Assembly: GCA_035559535.1 (NCBI GenBank)
Contig: DATMBG010000051.1
Location: 434,001-498,000 of the forward strand
Length of the DNA stretch: 64,000 nt
Reading direction: 5' to 3'
Source: Candidatus Limnocylindrales bacterium
GTDB lineage: Bacteria; Moduliflexota; Moduliflexia; Moduliflexales; JAUQPW01
Under the pieces are notes generated by a model that saw only the letters and a program-made list of their open reading frames with translations, was not told the DNA's origin and made no database searches. The position numbers and the translations under genes were made by a program. Shown here piece after piece: positions 29,816-40,315 of this stretch (position 1 is its first letter; each line of letters begins with the position of its first letter).

Positions 29816-31009
29816 TTATGATCCGGATAGAACCTGAACCTTATCGGTAACTTCCCAGGGAAGTCCCAAATCCATCCTGCCAACATGGCCATAGGCAGCC
29901 AGTTTTCTATAGAAACCTCCCTTAACGGTAGCAGGAAGAAATCTCAGGTTAAATTGTTTAATGATCCCCGCAAGGCGAAAATCGAAATGTTTCTGAATGC
30001 GCGTCATGATTTCTTCATCGGGGATTTTACCTGTGCCAAAGGTTTCTACCTGAACACTTACGGGTCGTGAAAGGCCGATGGAATAACTTAACTGAACCTC
30101 GCATTCAGAGGCAAGGCCGGCGGCAACCACATTTTTAGCAGCATATCGGGCTACATAGGCACCGATCCGATCTATTCGCATAGGATCCTTTCCGCTCAGA
30201 GCAGCACCACTATGTCGAGAATATTCTCCATAGGTATCTATGGCCGTTTTTCTTCCGGTAAGGCCAGAGTGGCTGGAGGGACCGCCTATAATGAGTGGGC
30301 CATCTGGGTTGATGAATATTCGGGTTTTTTCGTCGGGCTGAATTTCTTCATCTTGAAATACCGGACCAATAATAACCTCCCGGAGATCTTCTCTCAGCTT
30401 CGCTAAATCGGGATCTTTGGGTTTATTTTGACTGGCTATAACTGTGATACTATGAATCCGATAGGGCTTACGATTTCTATATTCGACGCCTACCTGGGTC
30501 TTGCCATCGGGAGTGAGATAGGGGAGTATTTTTTGGAATCTTACGGAGGTAATCCGCCTTGCAAGCTTATGGGCAAGCCAGATTGGAAGAGGCATCAGGG
30601 CGGGAGTTTGGTCACATGCAAAGCCAAAAACCGTAACCTGGTTTTTTACAGGAATCTGGTCTATTTCCTCCTCTGACAGCTTTTTTTCGTCAAAATACAT
30701 TTGCTCTTCTAGGGGTGACTCCTTAAGACTGGTTACAATACTGCAAGTCTTACTGTTAAAATCCGGGTATTCATAACCGACTTGACTGATGACCTGTCTT
30801 GCAGTATTTGGAATATCCACGCTGGCGGTAGATGCAAATCGGGCCGCTATGAAGAGGATAGCCGTAGATACTGCACATTCCGCAATAATACTGGAATAAG
30901 GATCCTGTTGAAGGAATCTATCGATGATGGCATCACTGATTTGATCACAAAGCTTATCAGGATGCCCTTCCGTGACAGATTCCGATGTAAACATGAAATC
31001 TTTTTTCAT
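29816..31009 (-). CDS. metK: Divergent methionine adenosyltransferase (MetK) paralog
   Basis: FTSESVTEGHPDK, PDGK, GLTGRK, SGKD, AAYGH retained; GAGDQG signature replaced by PVKNQV. Confidence 0.9.
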   Translation of the reverse strand: MKKDFMFTSESVTEGHPDKLCDQISDAIIDRFLQQDPYSSIIAECAVSTAILFIAARFASTASVDIPNTARQVISQVGYEYPDFNSKTCSIVTSLKESPLEEQMYFDEKKLSEEEIDQIPVKNQVTVFGFACDQTPALMPLPIWLAHKLARRITSVRFQKILPYLTPDGKTQVGVEYRNRKPYRIHSITVIASQNKPKDPDLAKLREDLREVIIGPVFQDEEIQPDEKTRIFINPDGPLIIGGPSSHSGLTGRKTAIDTYGEYSRHSGAALSGKDPMRIDRIGAYVARYAAKNVVAAGLASECEVQLSYSIGLSRPVSVQVETFGTGKIPDEEIMTRIQKHFDFRLAGIIKQFNLRFLPATVKGGFYRKLAAYGHVGRMDLGLPWEVTDKVQVLSGS

Positions 31010-31115
31010 AAATGCCTACCCTTAATTAGGAGTAAATTTAGGGGATAATCTCGGTTGGAAGTAGCTTTCTTCACCAACCCAGGATCATTTTCACATGGCT
31101 TCTATCAAACGATTC

Positions 31116-34100
31116 TTAGAATATCTTTTTATTTTTCGTTATTTCATTTAATATAAGCGGAACCAGGGCACTACTCCCTACGACCAGGCTATCAGTCAGA
31201 CTTATAGGGGTAATGCCGAGGAGATTCCGGATTCCTGGAATCAGGAGAGCGACGATTTGTAATGCAAAGGAGCCTCCTAAAGCCATCGTAAGATAAGTGT
31301 TAGACGGAAGTTTCCCTTTATCCCATAAACCGTATTTCTCAGAGCGGCAACTCATAGCATGAAGAAGCTGACTTGAGGTTAATCCCATAAAGGCCAGAGT
31401 ACTTGCCTGGGGCCCCCGACCATATTTTAGAATCCCGTAACCATAAGCTCCCAAGGCACCACCGGCTATTGTTCCCGCTTCGAAGATTATTCTTTTAAAA
31501 TCGGATGTTTTAAGGATAGGTTCCTCGGGGTCTCGGGGAGGTCGGCTAAGGATATCAGGTTCTGGAGATTCCAGAGCAAGAGCAAGACCTGGAAAGATAT
31601 CCGAAATTAAGTTAATCCACAGGAGTTGCATGGCGTTCAAAGGATGACCCAGACCTGCCGTAAGGGCCACAAACATCACCATGATTTCACTCAGGTTAGT
31701 AGCCAAGAGGAAATGAACCGATTTCCGTATGTTATTATAAATAGTCCGTCCCTGGCTTAGGGCAACAATCATAGTTTCGAGGTTATCGTCTTCAAGTATA
31801 ATATCGGCTACTTCTCGAGCCACATCGGTCCCTGTCTTTCCCATGGCAATTCCGATATTTGCTGCCTTTAAAGCCGGTCCATCATTAATTCCATCGCCTG
31901 TCATGGCAACGACTTTTCCGGCCCTCTGGAGAGCTTGAACAATCCGCAGCTTATGGGCAGGGCTGACCCTTGCGAAAACGTGTACCCGTTCGGCTAATCC
32001 CTTTAAAATCTCCGGGTCCATTTCGGTAAGATGGGTTGAATCCAGAATTTCCAGTTGCTTATCCTGACTTAGATGGAGTTCCTTTCCTATGGCGTAAGCC
32101 GTCGGGCTTTGATCTCCTGTTATCATGACCGTATTGATTCCGGCTTGGTGAAGAACTCCAAGAACTTCCTTGACCCCTTTTCTTATGGGATCTATCATCC
32201 CGATAAGACCGAGCCATATCAACCCTTTCTGGACGTTAAGATTTTCCTCTCCCTCATCGAAGTAAGTATGGGCAACCCCCAGAACCCGAAGGGCCTCTCC
32301 GGCCATGAATTCATTCTCCATTTCTATGCGTAGTCGATCCTCTTCCGTAAGTGGGATCTTTATTCCATCTTTGATCTGCCAATCACAAAGGGATAAAACC
32401 TCTGTAGGACTCCCTTTTAAGGCCAGAAGCAGAGAAGACTTACCGGATTCCCCTATATCATGAGTCCTATGAAGGGTGCTCATAAAGTTACGATTTTCGG
32501 AACGGTGACTGATCTTCACTATGGGATGTACTTTCCGAAGTTCTATCACATCAACCCCCGCACTGATCCCCATGTGAATCAGCGCATTTTCAGTAGGAGA
32601 ACCTTTAAGAATATACTCATTGTCTGTTCTAATGATTTCAGTTTCATTACAGAGAACTGAGATATGAATCAACCTCAATAATTCTTCACAGGTGAAAGGG
32701 TTAATCGACTCCTTTCCCGTCATGAATTTGCCCTCGGATACTCTCAAGGATTTCATTCCCGTATGGATAGCAACCACAGCCATTTTATTCAAAGTAATGG
32801 TTCCTGTCTTATCCAAACAAAGGGTTTGAACAGAACCCAGAGTCTCTACAGCATCGAGATGGCGGATAAGAACTTTCTGTTTCCGCATATTCCGAATACC
32901 CAGGGCCAGGGTGGTGGTTGCAACGGTTGGAAGTCCTTCAGGAACAGCAGCTACGGCCAGAGAGATAGAGGTGGTCAGCATTTGAGTGAAACCATATCCC
33001 CGCAGGAGTCCAATTACGAAAACCAAACCACAAATCGTACCACCTATCAGAACCAGCTGACGTCCCATTCTGTTTAACTGCCTTTCCATGGGAGTTTCAG
33101 GGGTTTCCGCCTCTCCAACAAGGGTTTGAATCTGGCCCATCTCCGTAAACTTACCAGTAGCCACAACAACGGCAAGTCCCTGTCCCCCGGTAACCAAAGT
33201 TCCCATATAAACCATATTTACTCTATCGGCCAAAGGGACAGCTTTTGAAGAGAGAATAGGTTGAGAGGTTTTAAGAACCGGCACACTTTCCCCGGTTAGA
33301 GCAGATTCATCTATACTAAGATGATGGCTCTCAATGAGTCGACCATCAGCAACCACGTAGCTTCCGGGTCTAAGGACCAGCACATCTCCTGGAACGACTT
33401 CCTCTGCCCTTATTTCCTGGAGGTAACCCTGCCGGATTACCAAAGCGGAAGGTCTGATTAAGCTCTTGAGAGCATGAATGGTTTTCTCCGATTGGGTTTC
33501 TGTTATATAACCAATCGTTGCGTTGATGGCAACAACCCCCATAATAACCACTGCATCTGCAAGTCCACCGGTAAAAAGGGAAATACCCGCCGCTACAGTT
33601 AAAAGAGCTACAGGAAGAGAGTTTAGTTGATCAAAAAAGATACTAAGCCCGGAGCGAGGAGCCGATTCAGGTAAGACATTGGGCCCATATGTCTTCAAAC
33701 GTTCCCTGGCAACCTCACCGGATAAACCGGATTCCCCTGAGCTATTAAAGGCAGTTATAACCTCCTCGGTATCCACCAGATACCAGGGTTTGAGAACCTG
33801 CTCTTCCTCTTGAGTAATCAGCTTTCTTAAGGTTCTTCTGATAGCAGGCAGGGAAGAAGCATCCAAATCCGCCGGTTTTTCTTCTTTTCTATAAGATAGG
33901 GGGAAAGCTGAGGTTATTAATCTCTCAGAAGGGGGATTTAAAGGCTTTGGTAAGTTCTCTTTGGAAAAAGAAAAGGATAAATTTTCTTGCCGGGTTGATC
34001 CTCCTGGAAGAAAAGAAGGACCGAGGTTTTCGGATCGCCCAGTTTCCTGGTTTTCATATTTAAGCGCAATATCCTCAATAAGGGCCGCTATTTCTGATAC

Positions 34101-34292
34101 CGTGTTATCTGAGTTAAAAACAACCAGAACATTTCCGGTCAATACGTTGGCAGAGACCTGATAGATTCCTTCCTTATTTAGGAGCCTGAACTCAAGTTCT
34201 TTTTTAAAGGAGTTTGAACGATAAAGCAAAGATACTTTGTATCGGGCTCTTCCCTTTACTGCGGTGTGGATCGCCTGGATTAACACCTTCAC
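31116..34292 (-). CDS. P2A (Ca2+-type) P-type ATPase with an N-terminal HMA2-like domain
   Basis: TGES, AVPEGLP, DKTGT, GDGIND, TNLSE, WINLISD; N-terminus IHTAVKGRARYK...NVLTGNVLV. Confidence 0.9.
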   Translation of the reverse strand: MKVLIQAIHTAVKGRARYKVSLLYRSNSFKKELEFRLLNKEGIYQVSANVLTGNVLVVFNSDNTVSEIAALIEDIALKYENQETGRSENLGPSFLPGGSTRQENLSFSFSKENLPKPLNPPSERLITSAFPLSYRKEEKPADLDASSLPAIRRTLRKLITQEEEQVLKPWYLVDTEEVITAFNSSGESGLSGEVARERLKTYGPNVLPESAPRSGLSIFFDQLNSLPVALLTVAAGISLFTGGLADAVVIMGVVAINATIGYITETQSEKTIHALKSLIRPSALVIRQGYLQEIRAEEVVPGDVLVLRPGSYVVADGRLIESHHLSIDESALTGESVPVLKTSQPILSSKAVPLADRVNMVYMGTLVTGGQGLAVVVATGKFTEMGQIQTLVGEAETPETPMERQLNRMGRQLVLIGGTICGLVFVIGLLRGYGFTQMLTTSISLAVAAVPEGLPTVATTTLALGIRNMRKQKVLIRHLDAVETLGSVQTLCLDKTGTITLNKMAVVAIHTGMKSLRVSEGKFMTGKESINPFTCEELLRLIHISVLCNETEIIRTDNEYILKGSPTENALIHMGISAGVDVIELRKVHPIVKISHRSENRNFMSTLHRTHDIGESGKSSLLLALKGSPTEVLSLCDWQIKDGIKIPLTEEDRLRIEMENEFMAGEALRVLGVAHTYFDEGEENLNVQKGLIWLGLIGMIDPIRKGVKEVLGVLHQAGINTVMITGDQSPTAYAIGKELHLSQDKQLEILDSTHLTEMDPEILKGLAERVHVFARVSPAHKLRIVQALQRAGKVVAMTGDGINDGPALKAANIGIAMGKTGTDVAREVADIILEDDNLETMIVALSQGRTIYNNIRKSVHFLLATNLSEIMVMFVALTAGLGHPLNAMQLLWINLISDIFPGLALALESPEPDILSRPPRDPEEPILKTSDFKRIIFEAGTIAGGALGAYGYGILKYGRGPQASTLAFMGLTSSQLLHAMSCRSEKYGLWDKGKLPSNTYLTMALGGSFALQIVALLIPGIRNLLGITPISLTDSLVVGSSALVPLILNEITKNKKIF

Positions 34293-34360
34293 ACTTGAGA
34301 CTTCCGATTTCAGACCATGGATTTTAAGCTGAAACCTGAAATCTGTAATAAGAGATCGAT

Positions 34361-35071
34361 TTATTCCTGTTTTCTTCCCTTTGTCCTTGTCGTAATCTCC
34401 GGCTTTTCAGGAGCTTCTTGAGGAGTTTCCTTAGAAAGTTTCTTCTCTTCTAAACTTGAAGAAGTTGGAGAAGGTTTAGGTAGTGCAGCTCCTACAACTT
34501 CCTTCGCCCCCTCCGCAACTCCAACGAGCATATCCTTAACAGCTTTGACTGCCGTGTTTCCAATGGTACTGGCTGCTTCAATGGCACCGAGAACAACTTC
34601 TCTCGCAACAGCTTCTACATTCCCACCCATTTCTCGAGTTGCTTCGATAATCCCATCTACCGAGCGCCTTGTTACAAGACCGATATCTGCTCCAATTTCA
34701 GCAGCACCTTTGAACGTCCCTTTAACGGTTTGAACTGCGACGGTAACCACATCCCCTCCCACATCGCTAACTCCCATGATAACCCCCTTGGCGACATTTT
34801 TGGCGCTCAAGATTAATCCTGTTCCTACCTCTTCGGTAGCCTGAATGGCTCCATTTATAATCTCCTTGGTGATATGGATACTTTCTGTAGCTGTTGATCC
34901 TGTAGTTCGCAGGGTGTGCGAAACAGTATTCCTGACCAGCGTAGTAATCTCGGCCTCGATTTCGTTGATCCCTCTCAAACTCCCTATAATCCCTTCCTTA
35001 ACCGTTTTCCCAGCTTTCCCTAATTCCCCTCCCAGAGTGGCATTTGATGTGTTGTCCTTATGATCATTCAT
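34361..35071 (-). CDS. Gly/Ala/Val/Thr-rich protein with tandem 22-aa amphipathic repeats
   Basis: GGAGG RBS; about 8 gapless 22-mers, with Gly at positions 6 and 15 in the five central units. Confidence 0.8.
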   Translation of the reverse strand: MNDHKDNTSNATLGGELGKAGKTVKEGIIGSLRGINEIEAEITTLVRNTVSHTLRTTGSTATESIHITKEIINGAIQATEEVGTGLILSAKNVAKGVIMGVSDVGGDVVTVAVQTVKGTFKGAAEIGADIGLVTRRSVDGIIEATREMGGNVEAVAREVVLGAIEAASTIGNTAVKAVKDMLVGVAEGAKEVVGAALPKPSPTSSSLEEKKLSKETPQEAPEKPEITTRTKGRKQE

Positions 35072-35115
35072 ATAAACCTCCTTTAAAATCCCCCAAAAGC
35101 TTTTCTATTGGCTTT

Positions 35116-35619
35116 TCACGGGTCCTTTCTGTTCTTATCTGACTTAAACTTAAAAAACTCATAAACACTGAATCCGTACCAAAAAGCCGTATACCAGGGA
35201 ATAGGTGCGAGATTTCCCCTGAGAATTTGAAAAAGACCTGCGCTCACCAGACCTAAAAACACCAGGCCTGGAAAATCCAGAGTACCCCGGGTAAACTCCT
35301 TCATTCGATTCTCTAACTCTTGAAGTTGTCTGGATATCGTCCAGGATAAGTTCTCTGACTGAGGGTTCAGATCTCCAAGTTGAAAAAGATTATTTTTTTG
35401 AGCATATGCTGCAAGGGCTTTCCAGTCCCGAGTGTCCCCCGTATGAACAAAAAGTATGCTTCCCGTTAAGGGGTTTACTTCTAGCTTTTTAATTCCCGGA
35501 TAGGTAGAAAACAGAGTCTTCAGAGATGAAAAATAAACTTCATCTCCTCTTTTCGAGGGAATTTTTATACGTAGCCTTTCGGTTGTAGAATGAACGATAT
35601 AAGCATCGGGAAGCATCAA
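35116..35619 (-). CDS. HMA2-like domain + C-terminal membrane segment (FezC-like)
   Basis: IVHSTTERLRIK...NPLTGSIL, then GLVFLGLVSAG...PWYTAFWYG. Confidence 0.8.
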   Translation of the reverse strand: MMLPDAYIVHSTTERLRIKIPSKRGDEVYFSSLKTLFSTYPGIKKLEVNPLTGSILFVHTGDTRDWKALAAYAQKNNLFQLGDLNPQSENLSWTISRQLQELENRMKEFTRGTLDFPGLVFLGLVSAGLFQILRGNLAPIPWYTAFWYGFSVYEFFKFKSDKNRKDP

Positions 35620-35915
35620 TGGATGGGTTCTCCTTTAGCGTTAACAATAGGGGACGTTTTTTGGGATGTTTCTGAGAGTTCCGCCTTTGCCTCCGCGATT
35701 ATATCTTCAACCATCTCTCCAGCTTCAGCAACTAGTTCTCTACCCTTTTCATAGATAAGGATCCCACTTTTTATAGCGGCTTTGGCTAAAGGTTTAACTA
35801 CATTGGCTGCAATGGGAATTACAACCGGCGAGAGGATCGTTGCTCCTACGCCTATTGCAAGTCCGGTTGCAATACTACCTCCTAAACCATCCCTAAGATC
35901 ATCTAAAAGAGCCAT
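35616..35915 (-). CDS. DUF5132-like small GxxxG membrane protein (FezA/PacL-like)
   Basis: GLAIGVG, KPLAKAAIKSGILIYEKG, EAGEMVEDIIAEAKAE; GGAGG RBS. Confidence 0.8.
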   Translation of the reverse strand: MALLDDLRDGLGGSIATGLAIGVGATILSPVVIPIAANVVKPLAKAAIKSGILIYEKGRELVAEAGEMVEDIIAEAKAELSETSQKTSPIVNAKGEPIH

Positions 35916-36284
35916 AATAAACCTCCTTTTTTTATCTTTGTTTGTGTACCAGTTATTATAAAAATCTCAAAAGATTAACCCCACAGGGAGTTAACATCAT
36001 AAAAATAGTTCCTTGCCCTACAGGTGGTTAGCAATTTTTATAATTTTTTCATTACTTACCTACTCATAGAAATGACCTCCTTTACCCGTCCTTTATCCCA
36101 ATTCTGATTAAGTAGGTCGCACCCTAGGCACTCCCCCTGAAAAGGTTACATCCTGAGGAGGGACGGCTGTACAGGGCCCTTAGGCAGGTAATCCTTCCCT
36201 CCCCGCATGGAGAGAGAGTTAAAGTAGGACCCTATCCACTTTACATCCCATTTCCTTACTGACCTGGTATCAGTTTTATTTCCT

Positions 36285-36393
36285 TTAATAAAATCTTAAC
36301 AGAAACGTCACGGAACTATAACACGGCAGGAGTGAAGTTATAAAAGATTCGGATTTAATACAATTTTAATACCGTCATCATACAAACATAATA
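36285..36393 (+). promoter_or_regulatory. Two arrays of Pho-box-like 11-bp repeats upstream of pstS
   Basis: ttaata/ttaaca/gtcacg/ataaca at 36285, 36296, 36307, 36318; ttaata/ttaata/atcata/ataata at 36355, 36366, 36377, 36388. Confidence 0.7.
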
Positions 36394-36516
36394 ATCAGGC
36401 GGCTTATTAAGAGTGACTTCTTTAGGATAAAGAATCGGATTAACCCAATTCTCATCAGATGGTCCTTTACAGACCATGGTATTGTTTACCCACTAAAGAT
36501 AAAGGAGGTTAAATTT

Positions 36517-37527
36517 ATGAGAAACCAAAACTTTTGGATCCGTTATCTATTCATTCCAGTTGGGATACTTTTACTGGTCGGATATACCCTTGCCCAGGAG
36601 ACCTCTGTTAAAGTAGATCCCGCCATTCCCGATTATAAGCCGACCAAAGGTATTTCAGGAAATCTTAAGAGTGTCGGTTCGGATACCATGAATAACTTGA
36701 TGACCCTATGGGCAGAAGGCTTTAATAAGTTTTATCCTGGGGTTAAAATTGAAATTGAAGGAAAAGGTTCCAGTACGGCTCCACCTGCATTGACTGCCGG
36801 AACCGCCCATTTTGGTCCTATGTCTCGAGAGATGAAGGCTCAAGAGATCGATGAGTTTGAGAAAAAGTATGGTTACAAACCCACAGAAGTGAAAACCTCT
36901 CTGGATGTTCTGGCGGTTTATGTTCACAAAGATAATCCTATCCAATGCCTGAGTCTTCCGCAGATCGATGCGATCTTTTCCAAAACCCGACGGGGAGGTT
37001 ATGAAAAGGATATACGAACCTGGGGAGATCTGGGTTTAACAGGGGAATGGGCTGATAAACCTATCAGTCTGTATGGGCGTAATAGCGCTTCCGGTACTTA
37101 TGGATACTTCAAGGAGCATGCCTTATTTAAGGGTGATTACAAGGATGAAGTCAAAGAACAACCCGGAAGCTCATCAGTTGTGCAGGGCGTTGCTTCAGAT
37201 AAATTCGGAATCGGCTACAGTGGAATTGGTTACAAGACGGCAGATGTACGGGCTGTACCCCTTGCAGCCAAGGAAGGGGCTACCTGCTATGAGGCTAATA
37301 TGGAAAATGCTTACAGCGGCGAATATCCCATTGCCCGATTCTTATATATCTATGTCAATAAAGCCCCGGGTAAGAGCCTCGATCCACTGCGACGAGAATT
37401 TCTGAGTTTCGTTTTAAGCAAACAAGGTCAGGAAGTTGTCGTGAAGGATGGATTTATTCCTTTACCCGCCAGTTTGATTCAGGAAGAAAGAAGCAAACTA
37501 GGCCTCATGGAGAATAATAAAGGTTAA
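36517..37527 (+). CDS. pstS: Phosphate ABC transporter substrate-binding protein
   Basis: [22 protein letters not shown]. Confidence 0.95.
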   Translation: MRNQNFWIRYLFIPVGILLLVGYTLAQETSVKVDPAIPDYKPTKGISGNLKSVGSDTMNNLMTLWAEGFNKFYPGVKIEIEGKGSSTAPPALTAGTAHFGPMSREMKAQEIDEFEKKYGYKPTEVKTSLDVLAVYVHKDNPIQCLSLPQIDAIFSKTRRGGYEKDIRTWGDLGLTGEWADKPISLYGRNSASGTYGYFKEHALFKGDYKDEVKEQPGSSSVVQGVASDKFGIGYSGIGYKTADVRAVPLAAKEGATCYEANMENAYSGEYPIARFLYIYVNKAPGKSLDPLRREFLSFVLSKQGQEVVVKDGFIPLPASLIQEERSKLGLMENNKG

Positions 37528-37632
37528 GACCGTAACCTGAATCTATTGTTCGTTGTCCGCCGGGTCCCGTTGTCAGGGATAACGGTAGCGGACAACGGGC
37601 AATGGGTGAAGGAATAGAATAAATAAAGGAAC

Positions 37633-40302
37633 ATGGAGGACGGACAACGAACTACAGATCATAGGCTGCCGGTCAGATCGAAACGCCCAAGAAAAACCAA
37701 AAGAAGCGTTATCTTCATTGATAAGTTTTCTACAACTATTATCAGTCTTGGGGGTATTCTGGTAATCATAGCCGTACTGGGAATCTTGATATTTCTAATA
37801 ACGGTCGTAGTTCCTCTCTTCCGGGGTGCCAGGGTAATTTCTTTTACCTCTTATAACCTTCCTCTCACAGATCGGGAGTTACTCTTTGCGGAGATGGACG
37901 ATTATTTATCGTTAGGGATGGCTTTATCCAGAGATGGCTTTCTGACTACCTTCCAGGCTTCGACAGGAAAGAAGATGTTTGAAGAGAGAATAGTCCCTTC
38001 CGACGCCGAGATAACTGCCTTCTCCAGGACCTTACGCAGAGGTTATGTGGCTCTAGGGTTGTCCAATGGAGAGGTTTCTCTGGGAAACCTCTCGTTTAAG
38101 ATTTCCTTTCCTACGGAAGAAGAGGTTCCGGAAGAATTTAAGAATTTGAGTCCTGGAGCCTCAGTGGTATTTGGAAAAGGGATCTTAGAGAGAGCCCCGG
38201 AAGGTCAATTCCGAAAGATTGAAGAACAGATAGAATTTGCTCCACCTGTAAAAGTAGGAACAAGTCAAGCTTCGGTAGTTTTGATAGATTACAGGCCCCT
38301 GGAAGGCCAGATAGAGGAATTAGTTACCCTCCAGGCAGATGGTCGGTTGTTCTTGAGCAGGGTGACCAGGAAGAAGAATCTCCTGACCGGTAAAGTAACC
38401 ACCAGTTTAGACAGGAGGGAAATACCCTACTCAGAGTCTGAGAACCAAAAGTCGAAAACCGGGGAGTTAGAACCAGGCCTGCCCATAAAACTTTTGGTAA
38501 GTGGGCAGGGAGATCAGCTTTACCTGGCCTGGAAGGATGGAACACTCCATCGATACGACCTTCGGAATCCGGAAAAAGCCGTTGTTGTCGAGAAAACTAA
38601 TCTGATTCAATGGAATACAACGAATACTCAACAACGAATCCTTACCCAATTAAAGTTCATGATCGGAGATCAATCCCTTATCTCTACAGATTCTGCGGGA
38701 AACGTTATCGCCTGGTTTCGGGTAGAAAAAGGACCCCAGGCCCGGGGAAGCGACGGCTATGAACTTGTTCCGGCCCATATACTGGAAAAGCATCATGGCC
38801 CGGTATCGGCTTTGGCCGTGTCGCCCCGGGATAAAAGCCTGGTTACGGCAACTTCCGATGGGGAAGTTTTCCTCCGGCATATGACTTCAGAACAGGTTCT
38901 TGCCCGGTTGTCCCTTCCTTCCAAAGAAGAGATCCTTACCATCCAATTAACTCCTAAATTGGATGGTATCTTTGCCGTCGATAAATCGCTAACGGCTTAT
39001 CTCTGGAAAATCCATAATCCGCATCCAGAAACAACCTGGAAGTCTATCTTTGGTAAAGTCTGGTATGAGGGATATCCGAAACCTACTTATACCTGGCAAT
39101 CCTCCAGTGGAACCGACGATTTTGAGCCAAAACTCAGTCTGGTCCCCTTAATCTTCGGTACCCTGAAGGCAACGTTTTACTCTCTCCTGTTTGCGGTACC
39201 GGTGGCTCTTCTGGCTGCAATTTATACTTCTGAGTTCCTGGATAAAAAACTTAAATCTATTCTAAAACCCGGTATAGAGACGATGGCTTCCCTACCCAGT
39301 GTAGTTTTAGGTTTTATTGCGGCCTTGGTGTTGGCTCCTTTCGTGGAGAACTGGGTCCTGTCCATCTTGTTTGCCTTTGGGATGCTACCTTTGATTCTTC
39401 TCTTCTGGGGCTATATCTGGCAGCTTTTACCCCCCCAAATTACCATCCGACTCTCAGGAGCCCTTCAATTTATCATTATCCTGGCCGTGATGATAATCGG
39501 TTTTAATTTGGCCGAGAATTTAGGCGTGAGGGTAGAAAAGCTGATTTTCCATGGAGATTTTAAAGCCTGGCTGGATGGGCGCATTGGAACGGGTACCCCT
39601 CTCTGGTTTATCCTGTTTTTCCCCTTTTCAATCCTCCTGGTTTCTCTATTTAAAAAAAGGTTCCTAAACAGGATAATCTGGGAAAGGATCTCTTATAAAA
39701 ATCACCTGAGAGCAGGGTTAATAGAATTTATGGGGGCCCTCTCCGTCTTTATAGTATCCGTTTTTCTAAGTTATGGAACAGGCCTATTACTGACAACCCT
39801 GGGATGGGATGCGCGGGGCGAGTTGGTTGGAACTTATGTACAAAGAAATACTCTGATCGTCGGGTTTGCCATGGGATTTGCGGTTATTCCCATTATCTAT
39901 ACCATCACCGAAGATGCTCTGGCTGCGGTTCCTGAATCTCTTCGTGCAGCCTCCTTAGCCTGTGGAGCGACACGATGGCAGACGGCCATTCGAATTGTTC
40001 TTCCCACGGCGGCCAGTGGGATCTTTTCGGCTGTTATGGTCGGCCTGGGGAGAGCCGTTGGGGAAACCATGATTGTGGTCATGGCAGCCGGAAATACACC
40101 GGTTCTGGATCTAAATATTTTCAACGGACTTCGTGCCTTATCTGCCAACATCGCCGTGGAATTACCGGAAGCAGTTAAAGACAGTACCCTGTATCGGATG
40201 CTTTTCCTGGCAGCGCTACTGCTCTTTGTAATGACTTTTATCGTTAATACCTTAGCTGAAATTATTCGACTCAGATTTAGAAAGAAGGCCTATCAACTCT
40301 AA
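37633..40302 (+). CDS. pstC: Phosphate ABC permease PstC with a large periplasmic propeller-like insert
   Basis: LPSVVLG, GRAVGETM, EAA loop; operon position. Confidence 0.92.
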   Translation: MEDGQRTTDHRLPVRSKRPRKTKRSVIFIDKFSTTIISLGGILVIIAVLGILIFLITVVVPLFRGARVISFTSYNLPLTDRELLFAEMDDYLSLGMALSRDGFLTTFQASTGKKMFEERIVPSDAEITAFSRTLRRGYVALGLSNGEVSLGNLSFKISFPTEEEVPEEFKNLSPGASVVFGKGILERAPEGQFRKIEEQIEFAPPVKVGTSQASVVLIDYRPLEGQIEELVTLQADGRLFLSRVTRKKNLLTGKVTTSLDRREIPYSESENQKSKTGELEPGLPIKLLVSGQGDQLYLAWKDGTLHRYDLRNPEKAVVVEKTNLIQWNTTNTQQRILTQLKFMIGDQSLISTDSAGNVIAWFRVEKGPQARGSDGYELVPAHILEKHHGPVSALAVSPRDKSLVTATSDGEVFLRHMTSEQVLARLSLPSKEEILTIQLTPKLDGIFAVDKSLTAYLWKIHNPHPETTWKSIFGKVWYEGYPKPTYTWQSSSGTDDFEPKLSLVPLIFGTLKATFYSLLFAVPVALLAAIYTSEFLDKKLKSILKPGIETMASLPSVVLGFIAALVLAPFVENWVLSILFAFGMLPLILLFWGYIWQLLPPQITIRLSGALQFIIILAVMIIGFNLAENLGVRVEKLIFHGDFKAWLDGRIGTGTPLWFILFFPFSILLVSLFKKRFLNRIIWERISYKNHLRAGLIEFMGALSVFIVSVFLSYGTGLLLTTLGWDARGELVGTYVQRNTLIVGFAMGFAVIPIIYTITEDALAAVPESLRAASLACGATRWQTAIRIVLPTAASGIFSAVMVGLGRAVGETMIVVMAAGNTPVLDLNIFNGLRALSANIAVELPEAVKDSTLYRMLFLAALLLFVMTFIVNTLAEIIRLRFRKKAYQL

Positions 40303-40315
40303 CAGGAAGAAGAAA

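Noticed and set aside
29289-35915. Canonical ferrosome or magnetosome island
   Set aside because: The ATPase has P2A rather than P1B-6 motifs, and no mam-like genes are recognisable.
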